Positions 27,800-36,953 of a DNA stretch of 64,000 bases are shown piece by piece. Numbering within the stretch: the first letter of the stretch is position 1; each line of letters begins with the position of its first letter. The notes beneath the pieces are model-generated. The model ran no database searches and had not been told where the DNA came from. It saw nothing but the letters and a program-made list of their open reading frames with translations. The position numbers were made by a program, and so were the translations under genes. Source of the DNA: an uncultured delta proteobacterium (GTDB lineage: Bacteria; Desulfobacterota; Binatia; UBA9968); contig CAVSHR010000004.1 in NCBI GenBank assembly GCA_963727625.1, forward strand, positions 891,850 through 955,849, written 5' to 3'.

Positions 27800-29156
27800 C
27801 TATGAGACACAGCGAAACTTTGCAAAGACATAGGGATAATGAGCCTGATACCAATTGCGGAAGCTTGGCCGCAACAAATTCGCATCCGTCGCCCAGGATG
27901 CGCCTTTGAGGACAAAATGCTTGCCGTCGAAAAAATCCCGCGAATAATCCGGATAGCTTTCAATATAGGATGAAAAGCCTGGAAAGGGCTCAAACGGCGT
28001 GTCGGTCAGCTCCCAGCCATTGCCGACCAGTTCGAGCACTCCCCAGCGGCTCGCTCCCGCCAGGCGGGAGCCAACGGGTAGCGGCGCCCAGGAAAGAAAA
28101 TCAAAATTACCATGGCGAGCGCCGGGAGCTGAATTGCCCCATGGATGTTCCGACTTCCGCCCGTCGGGGCCGTAATAGGCCGCGCGGTGAAATTCTGCCT
28201 CGGTCGGCAAGCGCTTGCCCGCCCAGCGCGCATAAGCCCGGGCCTCCGCCAAGCTCACGTATACCGGCCAGCTAGCCGCCTGTTGCAGTGGAAAGCTGTC
28301 GAACATCGCACGATAAAACCATGCGCCGTCGCGCTGAAACCAACACGCGGGACAGCGCTTTCCTTCGAGATTTTTCCAGCGCCAATCTTCCCGCCGCCAG
28401 TGGCGCGCGTCCTGGTAGCCCCCGGATGCGACAAATTCGAAAAACGTCCCCGTTGCTAACCGGTAGCGAGTCGATTTTGAATGCCGGCACGTCAACGAAC
28501 CTCTCGTCGAATTCATTGTCCCAACCGAAAGATATCTCGCCGAGTTTTGCGCCCAACCTTGCGCGACCGGCGGGAATCGTGATGGCGTGCGAAAACGCCG
28601 CGGTCTGAAACGAGTACTGAGGCGCGAACTTGGCCCGTCGCTTCCGTGCCGGCGGCACTCGCTGAAGCATGTAAGCGAGCGTCTCCTGATGCATGTACTC
28701 ATGCTCCAGGATCATTTGAAACACCCGCCCGTTCTGCGCCATGGGACTGTTCGATCGCGAGCCGCCGAGCGCTTCCAATGACTCCAAAATCGCCCCACGC
28801 ACATGATCGCGGTACTCAAGCGTCTCCGCCAGACTCGGCCAGCTCTCCGGCACTTCCGGGTGCCAGTGGCATTCCCCTGTGTCCACGTCCGGATCGATAC
28901 CGCGGCAGAAAAGATCGTCGAAATAGGGATTGAAGGATTTCCAATGGAGCAAAGCGCCGCAAACCTGGTTCCAGGAAAACGCCGGCAGATGGCCGATATA
29001 GAATATAAACGGATGGCGCCAAACGATCGGCTGGGCCTGGATCTCGTCGGCCGGAAGCATCGCAAAGATTTTATCGGTGCGCGCCCAGGCGGCAAGAAAC
29101 AGGCCGCGAAGCTCCTCCATCGTGTCAAGCACATTGCGGATAACCGGTAGTGCCAT
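27800..29156 (-). pseudogene. EgtB/OvoA-like sulfoxide synthase (DinB_2 + FGE-sulfatase domains) interrupted by a 1-nt frameshift
   Basis: The N-terminal frame (29156..28272) carries H-x3-H-x-E (EHEYMHQE) and GWDNEF. The C-terminal frame (28702..27800) carries the FGE-type domain. The frames switch at ...PVSNG|(T)FFEFVASGGY within the homopolymer context GGGGACGTTTTT (28440..28451). Confidence 0.75.
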
Positions 29157-29255
29157 GGCCCCTCCCTTCGTAAATCGTTTTTAACTATTTACTAAATAGC
29201 TACAGTCTATGGAAGAGCGCGAAGAGATTTTTTGGGGGCGACGGAATGAGGGAAT

Positions 29256-30167
29256 CTAGGCCTGTTTGAGAAACTCTCTGAAGGCTTGCGCGATCGGATG
29301 GAGCGGCCGGCGGCGATGATAGACTTCGTAAAATCCCCGTTCCATCTTCAAGCCGCGAATCGGCACTTCAACGATGCTACCCTCGGCCAGCTCGCGGCGA
29401 ATGGATATGCGCGACAGAATGGAGATGCCGAAGCCGCCCATCAACGACTCCTTGACTGCTTCCGTGCTGCCCAGCTCCATCGAAATATGCAGCAACTCGG
29501 CTCGCGAGCGCCGCCCCTTGGCAAGCAGCTGATTGATCGAATCAAGGGTTCCCGAGCCATGCTCCCGCGAAATGAAGTTCTCGCTGTGTAAATCGGCGAC
29601 CTCGACGAACTCCCGCAGGCACCAGTGATGGCCATGGGGAACCGCGAGTACCATCTCATCGTCCCAAATTTTTTTGAAACAGAGTCTTTCATCGCTGCCT
29701 TTGAAACCGACAAAGCCAAGCTCGACCTTGCCCTCGAAAACGTCTTCGATGATGCCGGACGAATCGCCGATGCGCAGTATCGGTTTCACCGCGGGATATT
29801 TTTTCGTGAACGCGCCGAGCTTTTGCGGCAACAGATACTCGCCGGGAATGTTGCTGCCGCCGATCCAAAGTTCGCCGCTGAGCGTGCCATGAAATTGCTC
29901 AACGGCGGCCATGGCTTCGCGTTTGAAGGCAAGCAGGGTTTTAGCCCGTTCCGCCAAGAGCTGCCCCAACGGAGTCAGGCTGATCCGGCCATGCAGTCGA
30001 TAAAGCAGCTGGCCGCCGACGGCTTCTTCCAATTCCTGCACATGGGCGCTGACCGTGGGCTGGCGCAAATCGAGCAGCTCGGCGGCCTGAGAAAAGCTCC
30101 GCATTTCAGCGACCCAGTAGAATATTTCTAGCTTGTGAAGATCTAAATCTGTTTTGAGCTTGGCCAT
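29256..30167 (-). CDS. LysR-family transcriptional regulator
   Basis: It has the N-terminal HTH LEIFYWVAEMRSFSQAAELLDLRQPTVSAHVQELE and a LysR substrate domain. The start was trimmed to MAKLKTDL. Confidence 0.85.
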   Translation of the reverse strand: MAKLKTDLDLHKLEIFYWVAEMRSFSQAAELLDLRQPTVSAHVQELEEAVGGQLLYRLHGRISLTPLGQLLAERAKTLLAFKREAMAAVEQFHGTLSGELWIGGSNIPGEYLLPQKLGAFTKKYPAVKPILRIGDSSGIIEDVFEGKVELGFVGFKGSDERLCFKKIWDDEMVLAVPHGHHWCLREFVEVADLHSENFISREHGSGTLDSINQLLAKGRRSRAELLHISMELGSTEAVKESLMGGFGISILSRISIRRELAEGSIVEVPIRGLKMERGFYEVYHRRRPLHPIAQAFREFLKQA

Positions 30168-30275
30168 CGAGATTGGCGCGCGGCGCGGTTTTAATCGAGG
30201 AATCGGTCTGCAACAAGAAACCGGGGAGCATGGCACGCACTGAACGCGCCATGCTCCGCGGCGACAGCGTTGCCG

Positions 30276-30743
30276 CTACTTGGTTAAAAACTCCAGAACC
30301 TCGGCTGGATGCGCGCCGGCATCGGTGACTGGAATCCAATGCTTCTTAATCGTGCCGTCGGGACCGATCAAGGCCGTCGAGCGAATCGTCCCGTCAGAGA
30401 CTTCGCCCTGGGCATTCTTGCGCGGCCCCCAGGCTCCGTAGACTTTCATCGTGTCCTTTTGCTGGTCAGCCAAGAGCACAAACGGAAGGTTAAACTTGCT
30501 GATGAATTGATTGTGCGAATCGATGCCATCCGGGCTGACACCCACCACCACGGTATTCGCTTTAGTCACGGTATCGATAGCGTCGCGGAACCCGCACGCT
30601 TCCTTGGTTCAGCCCGGAGTATCGTCTTTAGGATAAAACCAAAGAATCACATTTTTGCCGGCGTAGTCGGCCAGCGAGTGTTGCTTTCCGTCGCTTCCCG
30701 CTAGTGTGAACGCCGGCGCTTTTTGTCCTTCAAGTCCTGCCAT
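30276..30743 (-). CDS. Bcp-type peroxiredoxin with in-frame TGA (probable selenocysteine) at the peroxidatic position
   Basis: Track ORFs 30609..30800 and 30276..30569 are in the same frame and are separated by a single TGA (30609..30611). The joined protein reads ...[20 protein letters not shown]..., collinear with the Cys paralogue. GGAGG lies 6 nt before the ATG at 30743. Confidence 0.7.
30580..30599 (-). promoter_or_regulatory. Candidate bacterial SECIS hairpin
   Basis: The mRNA reads UGA ACC AAG GAA GCGUGCGG-GUU-CCGC(G)ACGC. This is an 8-bp stem with one bulged G that begins 10 nt after the UGA, with a G/U apical loop. Confidence 0.45.
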
Positions 30744-30864
30744 TTGCCACCTCCGTGTATAATTAGATGTCTGGTTTCTATCACACCGAGAAAGTATCAA
30801 TCAAACATCGAGTAACCAAGAGGCGCATTGTCATCAGCGCCGGTTGCAGCTATATTTCCCGAGA

Positions 30865-31947
30865 ATGGCAAAGCAATCGTTACTGACGGAATCGCATCGG
30901 CGATCCGGCGCGATCCTGGTCGAAAAGGATGGCTGGCTGTTGCCGGATCACTTTGGCGACCCTAGCGCCGAATACGAATCCGTTCGCAGCGCGGCTGGCA
31001 TATTCGATTTCTCACATCGCGCGCTGCTTCAATTCACGGGGGCGGATCGCGTGTCCTTTCTCCAGGGCATGTTGTCGAACGACCTCAGGCCGCTGAAAAT
31101 GTTCGGCGGCCAGCTGGCCGCCGTCTTAACCCAGCAGGGCAAAGTCATCGCCGACGTCCGTGTGCTGTGCGCCTTGAATTCGCTCTATTTGGACTTCTGG
31201 GAGCCGCTCAAAGAGAAAATTACCGCGCATCTCAATCGCTACCTGGTCGCCGACGAAGTGGAGATCAACGATCCGAACGACCAGTGGAAAATGATTTCTC
31301 TGCAAGGACCGCAAGCCCGGAAAATGCTCGACCAGCTCTTGGCCCCTGCGGATTTGCCCACCCAGCCTAATCAACATGCGATGGTCCAGTTCGATGGCGC
31401 GCCGATCTGCGTCGTGCGCGCCGATCACAGCGGCGAAGGTGGCTTTGACTTGATTTTGCAGAATGGCCAATTGGACGCTTTCGCTCGGCGGCTCAAGCAA
31501 CGCGGCGCCTCGTGGGTGGGGGGGCGCGCGCAGAACATTTTGCGCATCGAAGCCGGTATCCCGCTTTACGGCAGCGACTTCAATGAGGAGAACTTGCTGC
31601 TGGAAGTCGGGCTTGAAAATTCCTATAGCTATACCAAAGGCTGTTATCTCGGCCAGGAAGTCGTCGAGCGCATTCGCTCGCGCGGCCATGTCAACAAAAA
31701 ACTCTGCGGTCTATTGATCGACGGGGACAAAGCCGCCACACCCGGTGATAAAATCACGGTAGAACAAAAAGAAATCGGCGTAATCACCAGCTCGGTTGTC
31801 TCACCCAGGCTGAATCGTCCCGTGGCGCTGGGCTATATCGGCAAGGAACATTGGACCCCGGGGACGGAAGTGTCAATCGAACGCGACGGCGTACCCTGTC
31901 ACGCGAGCGTGACGGCCTTGCCGTTTCAAAGTTCCAGCTCCTCTTGA
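30865..31947 (+). CDS. Folate-binding GcvT/YgfZ-family aminomethyltransferase-like protein
   Basis: It has the GcvT-fold pattern (AGIFDFSHRALLQFTGADRVSFLQGMLSNDL ... KGCYLGQE). Confidence 0.8.
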   Translation: MAKQSLLTESHRRSGAILVEKDGWLLPDHFGDPSAEYESVRSAAGIFDFSHRALLQFTGADRVSFLQGMLSNDLRPLKMFGGQLAAVLTQQGKVIADVRVLCALNSLYLDFWEPLKEKITAHLNRYLVADEVEINDPNDQWKMISLQGPQARKMLDQLLAPADLPTQPNQHAMVQFDGAPICVVRADHSGEGGFDLILQNGQLDAFARRLKQRGASWVGGRAQNILRIEAGIPLYGSDFNEENLLLEVGLENSYSYTKGCYLGQEVVERIRSRGHVNKKLCGLLIDGDKAATPGDKITVEQKEIGVITSSVVSPRLNRPVALGYIGKEHWTPGTEVSIERDGVPCHASVTALPFQSSSSS

Positions 31948-32008
31948 ATCCTGACTTCAAGTTCGTATAGTAAGCGGAATTTTCGCGCTGACAGAAAGGA
32001 AGCTTGAA

Positions 32009-32317
32009 ATGGGTCATTTCGTCAAAGTTTGTAACGCCGCCGAAGTCAAGTCGGGTTGCGGCAAAAGTCTCGATATCGAGGGTAAAGCCATCGGCATATT
32101 CAATGTTGACGGCAAGTTCTACGCCATTAACGACGTGTGCGGCCACCGCGGCGGGCCGTTGGGCGAAGGCGAATTGGACGGCACGACGGTCATCTGCCCC
32201 TGGCATGGCTGGCGCTACAACGTCACCACCGGGGAGAACGAATTACTGCCCAACCTGCCGACGGAAAAATACGAAGTGAAGCTCGAAGGCGACGACGTTC
32301 TGGTCGATCTACCGTAA
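32009..32317 (+). CDS. Rieske [2Fe-2S] ferredoxin-like protein (NirD-like, or ferredoxin component of a non-heme oxygenase)
   Basis: The Rieske motifs CGHRGGPL and CPWHGW are present in a 102-aa protein. Confidence 0.85.
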   Translation: MGHFVKVCNAAEVKSGCGKSLDIEGKAIGIFNVDGKFYAINDVCGHRGGPLGEGELDGTTVICPWHGWRYNVTTGENELLPNLPTEKYEVKLEGDDVLVDLP

Positions 32318-32340
32318 TCTCCCAAATCGCGACTATCCAG

Positions 32341-32376
32341 AGGCCCAGGGTCCGCCGGGATCATGGGCCTTTTTTG
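32341..32376 (+). terminator. Rho-independent terminator after the Rieske gene
   Basis: A perfect 7-bp outer stem AGGCCCA/TGGGCCT (32341..32347 and 32364..32370) is followed by a T-run. Confidence 0.55.
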
Positions 32377-32380
32377 CGCT

Positions 32381-32932
32381 CTAGGCTTTCAAGAACTCAT
32401 TGATGTAATCGTGCAGCGCCTCTTTGGTACTGTCAAAACCGAGTTCTTGCCAAGGTACTTCCTTCGGAGAGAAAATCGCGGCATCGGTTGATTCATCGGC
32501 GGCCGTCAATTCGCCGCCGATTACTTCTGCCGTGTAAACTACGATGACGTTGGGTGATCGGGGATAGGAATAAACGTTTAGCAATGGCCCCAGTTTCACG
32601 TCGAGCTGCGATTCCTCTTTAGTCTCGCGCACCGCGGCGTCCTGCACGCTCTCGCCGCGATCGACATAGCCGCCGGGGAAAACCCATTTGCCGAGGGCCG
32701 GCTCGACGCCACGTTTGAGCAGGACGATCCCGCCATCGAGAGTGAAAACCGTACCGGCGACAACTTTAGGATCTTGATAAAAGATGAAGGCGCAAACTTG
32801 ACATACCAAACGTCTCGGCTCGTTAAGCTTAATCACGCGTAAGTCCAAACCGCCGCCGCAGCGCGGGCAAAAACGGTATTCCACATGACCGTGAGCGTGC
32901 TCCTTGTGGTGTTGATGATGGTCTGATGGCAT
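32381..32932 (-). CDS. NUDIX hydrolase with an N-terminal zinc ribbon
   Basis: It has C-x2-C...C-x2-C (CPRCGG...CQVCAF) and a Nudix box GGYVDRGESVQDAAVRETKEES. Confidence 0.8.
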   Translation of the reverse strand: MPSDHHQHHKEHAHGHVEYRFCPRCGGGLDLRVIKLNEPRRLVCQVCAFIFYQDPKVVAGTVFTLDGGIVLLKRGVEPALGKWVFPGGYVDRGESVQDAAVRETKEESQLDVKLGPLLNVYSYPRSPNVIVVYTAEVIGGELTAADESTDAAIFSPKEVPWQELGFDSTKEALHDYINEFLKA

Positions 32933-32991
32933 ACTTTCCCTACTAGCGCATATTCGTTTGAAATAAAAGGAGTTTTCTGTAAACCTGTTTT

Positions 32992-33663
32992 ATGCTTCGC
33001 GCGGTTATTTTTGACTTCAACGGCATCATCGTCGACGACGAGCCGATTCATTTCAAGCTGTTCCAAAGAGTGTTCGGCGAGGAGGGAATCCCACTCGCCG
33101 AAGACGCCTATTACGCCCGTTACCTCGGCTTCGACGACCGCGGCGTTTTCAGCTTCGGCTATCGCGAGCACCATCACCCATTGAGCGACGAGAAGCTCGC
33201 CCAACTCATCGAACGCAAGGCGGTTTACTACCAGGAGGCGATCCGTAATCACGTCGCCATATTTCCCGGAGTCAAACCGCTGGTCGCGAAGCTCGCCGCC
33301 AGCCTGCCCCTGGCTGTCGCCTCCGGCGCGCTGCGCCACGAAATCGAAACCATACTGACTACCGCCGGATTGATCGGCTATTTCGAAGCGATCGTCGGCG
33401 CCGAAGATGTCGAACGGGGTAAACCGGAACCGGATATCTTTCTAAAAGCGCTGGCGGCGCTGAATTCGCAAAGCGCCAAACCGATCCAAGCGAACGAATG
33501 CGTGGTCATCGAAGATTCCAAGGAAGGCGTGCGCGGCGCGCGCCGCGCCGGCATGAAATGCTTGGCGGTAACCAATTCCCACGGCGCGGATTTGCTCCAC
33601 GAAGCCAACGCCGTGGTCGGCAGTCTGGAAGAAGTCGAGCTCGCTTTCTTGCAGACACTTTGA
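32992..33663 (+). CDS. HAD-superfamily hydrolase (beta-phosphoglucomutase-like subfamily IA)
   Basis: Motif I is FDFNGIIVDD and motif IV is EDSKEGVRGARRAGM. Confidence 0.85.
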   Translation: MLRAVIFDFNGIIVDDEPIHFKLFQRVFGEEGIPLAEDAYYARYLGFDDRGVFSFGYREHHHPLSDEKLAQLIERKAVYYQEAIRNHVAIFPGVKPLVAKLAASLPLAVASGALRHEIETILTTAGLIGYFEAIVGAEDVERGKPEPDIFLKALAALNSQSAKPIQANECVVIEDSKEGVRGARRAGMKCLAVTNSHGADLLHEANAVVGSLEEVELAFLQTL

Positions 33664-33665
33664 CT

Positions 33666-34106
33666 CTACAAGAGTTTCCTCGACTGCACAGGCACCGACT
33701 CGGATCGAATCCCCAGACCGGCAAATACCTCGATGATTCGTTCGGCCTTTTGGCTTTTGATCGTGATCAATTCACCCACCTGATCGACATGGCGGTGAAG
33801 CCAAGCCTCCTTGGAGTTTTGAAAGTCTTTCAATTCTACTTTGTCGATGTCCCGGTAAGCTATCAGATCCTGTGAAAATAGCCCGAGAACCATGAATTCC
33901 GGGTACAAAGACACTCGCCACAAGAACATGTTTCGCCCCACCGAACTCCGCGAGCCGGAGTCCCGATGGACGGCACACCATTCCTCAAACAGCGGTGTCA
34001 GATTCTTTTCCTCAGCGCGCTTTATCCGCGACAAGAAAGCTGGTGAAACCAAAACCAATACGATCAAAATTAAGAACAGAAATAGGAAGGCGAACGTTAT
34101 ATCCAT
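33666..34106 (-). CDS. Hypothetical membrane-anchored protein
   Basis: It has an N-terminal TM helix (ITFAFLFLFLILIVLVLVSPAFL). I recognised no family. Confidence 0.45.
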   Translation of the reverse strand: MDITFAFLFLFLILIVLVLVSPAFLSRIKRAEEKNLTPLFEEWCAVHRDSGSRSSVGRNMFLWRVSLYPEFMVLGLFSQDLIAYRDIDKVELKDFQNSKEAWLHRHVDQVGELITIKSQKAERIIEVFAGLGIRSESVPVQSRKLL

Positions 34107-34150
34107 GACGGCATCCTCCGCTGGTGCCCAAGTGGCGTCGCAGCCCCGGG

Positions 34151-34867
34151 TTATCGGTATGGTGATTTCTGCGGCCGAACGGTAATTTCAACCGGACAGC
34201 TCGTCACCGGCGCATTGAGTATATAGAGAACCCCTTGCGCCACGTCGTCGGCCTGGATCATTTTGCTGCGATCCAAATGTTTAACCGGCGGAATCATCGG
34301 CGTATCAACAAAGCCGGGGAGAAGGACGCTGACCTTGATGCCGTATTCCCGAACTTCCTCGTAAAGCGACTGGGTGAAACCGATGAGACCGAACTTCGAA
34401 GCCGAATAGGCGGCGCCGTTAGCTTCACCGCTCTTGCCGGATACGGAACCGATGTTGATCACAGCGCCCTCGCCCTTCTCGATCATCGCCGGCAAATAGC
34501 GCTGCGCAAGGATCATCGGCGCGCGTAGATTGAGACGAAAAGTCTGATCCCAGTCCTCGATCTTGGCTTTGATTACCGGCGCCCGTTTACCCCAGCCCGC
34601 ATTGTTGATCAGGATACCGACACCGCCAAAGGCGCGCAGACTTTCGCGAACAAGAATTTCAATCGCGGCATCTTCGGTGAGATCGGCGGCAATGATTGTC
34701 GCAGTGCCGCCCTCTCGATGAATTTCCCGTTCGACCGCTTCGAGCTGTGCTATCGTGCGGCTCGATAATATGACGCGGCAACCGGATCGCGCTAGCGAGA
34801 GCGCGACGGCTCTGCCGATCCCCCGTCCGGCCCCGGTCACCAGCGCGACTTTGCCGTCGAGTTTCAT
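34151..34867 (-). CDS. SDR-family oxidoreductase
   Basis: TGAGRGIGRA, NNAG and Y-x3-K (YSASK) motifs are present. Confidence 0.85.
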   Translation of the reverse strand: MKLDGKVALVTGAGRGIGRAVALSLARSGCRVILSSRTIAQLEAVEREIHREGGTATIIAADLTEDAAIEILVRESLRAFGGVGILINNAGWGKRAPVIKAKIEDWDQTFRLNLRAPMILAQRYLPAMIEKGEGAVINIGSVSGKSGEANGAAYSASKFGLIGFTQSLYEEVREYGIKVSVLLPGFVDTPMIPPVKHLDRSKMIQADDVAQGVLYILNAPVTSCPVEITVRPQKSPYR

Positions 34868-34892
34868 AAATACTCAAACCGAGCGACGTCAA

Positions 34893-35315
34893 TCAGTGTA
34901 CCGTGGGCGTGTCGTCTTGGGGTGACGCTTGCGCCACTGAGGACCCGTGATGGTGAATCATGCGCCAGCCCTCGGCACTTTTGCGGAATATATTAGTGGT
35001 AAGAATGGTCGCGGCGACCTTTTGGCCTTCGATCGCACTATTTAGGTTTTCGTAAAGCGTCACCCAAGCCAGCTCGCCGCACACTTCGATCGCAACGTCG
35101 GTCAACATAAAACGAATCGCCGGCGTGTTCTCGAAGATTCGTCGCCAGCTCTCCATCACCGGCTTCCGGCCGCGCTGGATTCGCCAGCCGGGATGGCCGC
35201 ATTGAATCTCGGCGTCCCTGGCCCAAACCGCCTCCATCCGCTGCATATCGAGGGATTCAAAGGCGCGGTAGAAGCTTTCGTTGACCTCGGCGACCGCTTT
35301 TTCTTCTTGGCTCAT
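34893..35315 (-). CDS. SnoaL-like / NTF2-fold (DUF4440-like) protein
   Basis: The 140-aa ORF follows the pattern EVNESFYRAFESLDMQRMEAVWA...AWVTLYENL...GWRMIHHH. Confidence 0.7.
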   Translation of the reverse strand: MSQEEKAVAEVNESFYRAFESLDMQRMEAVWARDAEIQCGHPGWRIQRGRKPVMESWRRIFENTPAIRFMLTDVAIEVCGELAWVTLYENLNSAIEGQKVAATILTTNIFRKSAEGWRMIHHHGSSVAQASPQDDTPTVH

Positions 35316-35322
35316 CAGCGAT

Positions 35323-35649
35323 TTAATGATGCGGCTTGGGAGTCACGAATACTAGGGTCACTAGTTTCTGATGGCTGCGATTAGCCACTCCATGATTCTG
35401 TCCCGCCGGCGCCAGGGCGATCTCACCGGGGCCCAACTCGCGCTCTTCATCGCCGACTTTAAACACGCCTCGTCCTTCGAGCACGCAATAAACTTTGTCC
35501 TGACCGGCGTGAGTATGCGGACTCTGCTCCTGGCCTGGCTCGAAACAATAGGTGTCGCAAAAAAACCTGTCGGTCTCAAAGATGCCGTTTTTCTTCATCT
35601 TCTCAGGAGAAAACTGCATCGCGTCTGAAAGTTTTTTGAAGTTGCTCAT
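35323..35649 (-). CDS. Cupin-domain protein
   Basis: It has cupin motifs (SPHTHAGQDKVYCVLEG...GEIALAPAGQNHG). The start was trimmed to MSNFKKL. Confidence 0.75.
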   Translation of the reverse strand: MSNFKKLSDAMQFSPEKMKKNGIFETDRFFCDTYCFEPGQEQSPHTHAGQDKVYCVLEGRGVFKVGDEERELGPGEIALAPAGQNHGVANRSHQKLVTLVFVTPKPHH

Positions 35650-35735
35650 GACCGCTCCTGTTTGGTCGATTTCGAGCGATACTACCATAGGGGTCGTTAC
35701 ATGCAAAACCACTGTGAATCTGTTATCTGTGGCCC

Positions 35736-36908
35736 ATGGATTCAGTGCTTATTCGTTACCATGAAATCGCCCTCAAGAAAGGCAACCGGGCCTATTTCAC
35801 AGAGCTGCTCAAGAGAAATCTTCTCGCCGCGGTCAAGGACTTGGGCGCGAAGGAAATTCGCAGCCTACCGGCGCGCCTGTTGCTCACTTTCAAAAACGAC
35901 GTAGCCCAGGCCACGCTCACTGAGCGCATGGGCTCGGTGTTCGGCGTGGCGAATTTCTCCATCGTCGAACGAACCGCACGAGAAATCGACGTGCTGCGCA
36001 GTCGCATCTTAGATTCGTTGAACGGCCACCGCTTCGAATCTTTTCGCATCGAAACCCAACGAGGCGACAAGACCTTTCCCCTGACCTCCCCAGAGATCAA
36101 TCGTCAGCTCGGCGCTGCGGTCAAGGCCAAATCCGGCGCCAAGGTCGATCTCGAAAATCCCGAATTCACGGTAACGGTGGAAATTCTGCCGCGCGACGCG
36201 TTTTTTGGTTTTAACAAACTCCCCGGCGCGGGAGGATTACCCGTGGGTGCCAGCGGGCGCGTCGTCTCGCTGATCTCCGGCGGCTTCGATTCCCCCGTCG
36301 CTGCCTACCGAATGATGCAGCGCGGCTGCCGCATCGTCTTTGTCCATTTTCATAGCGCGCCGTTTCAGGACAGAACCTCCCAGGACAAAGTTCGACAGCT
36401 CATTAAACTTTTGACCAGGCATCAATTTCTCTCGCGCCTTTACCTCGTCCCCTTCGGCGAAATCCAACGCCAGATCGTCGCCGCGGTCGCCCGGCCGCTG
36501 CGCGTCGTCTTATATAGGCGCATGATGCTGCGCATCGCCGAGGCGATCGCCAGGAAGGAAAAAGCCAAGGCGCTGGTCACCGGCGAAAGCCTCGGCCAGG
36601 TCGCTTCGCAAACTCTGGACAATATGGCGGCGATCCAGCAAGCCGCGCGCCTGCCGATCCTGCGGCCACTTGTCGGCATGGACAAACAAGAGATCATCGA
36701 TCAGTCGCGCCGGATTGGAACCTTTGAAATTTCCTCGGTCCCCGATCAGGACTGCTGCCAGCTCTTCGTGCCCAAGCACCCGGCAACCAAAGCAAGATTC
36801 GTCGATGTGGAAAAGGATGAAAGCAAACTGGATATAAAAGAGCTGCTACGCTACGGATTCGATAACGCCACTAACGAGGACTTCATTTTCCCCGTGCAAA
36901 AGAATTGA
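35736..36908 (+). CDS. thiI: tRNA 4-thiouridine(8) synthase
   Basis: It has a THUMP-like N-terminus and the PP-loop SGGFDSPVAAY, and is 390 aa long (no rhodanese domain). Confidence 0.9.
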   Translation: MDSVLIRYHEIALKKGNRAYFTELLKRNLLAAVKDLGAKEIRSLPARLLLTFKNDVAQATLTERMGSVFGVANFSIVERTAREIDVLRSRILDSLNGHRFESFRIETQRGDKTFPLTSPEINRQLGAAVKAKSGAKVDLENPEFTVTVEILPRDAFFGFNKLPGAGGLPVGASGRVVSLISGGFDSPVAAYRMMQRGCRIVFVHFHSAPFQDRTSQDKVRQLIKLLTRHQFLSRLYLVPFGEIQRQIVAAVARPLRVVLYRRMMLRIAEAIARKEKAKALVTGESLGQVASQTLDNMAAIQQAARLPILRPLVGMDKQEIIDQSRRIGTFEISSVPDQDCCQLFVPKHPATKARFVDVEKDESKLDIKELLRYGFDNATNEDFIFPVQKN

Positions 36909-36953
36909 ACGGCTTGAACGATTGGAACGATTTGAACCAGTCGGCTTCCGCCG

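Noticed and set aside
27800-29156. Two genuinely overlapping genes (294 aa and 300 aa) could be read here.
   Set aside because: A 430-nt overlap in different frames is implausible. The two halves are the N- and C-terminal parts of one EgtB-like architecture and join cleanly after removing one nucleotide.
30276-30800. Two separate small genes (63 aa and 97 aa) could be read as thioredoxin-fold fragments or a nonsense pseudogene.
   Set aside because: They share a frame and are split by a single TGA exactly at the catalytic Cys codon of an otherwise intact Bcp, with a hairpin at SECIS distance. A Sec read-through explains the data better, though a pseudogene remains the alternative.
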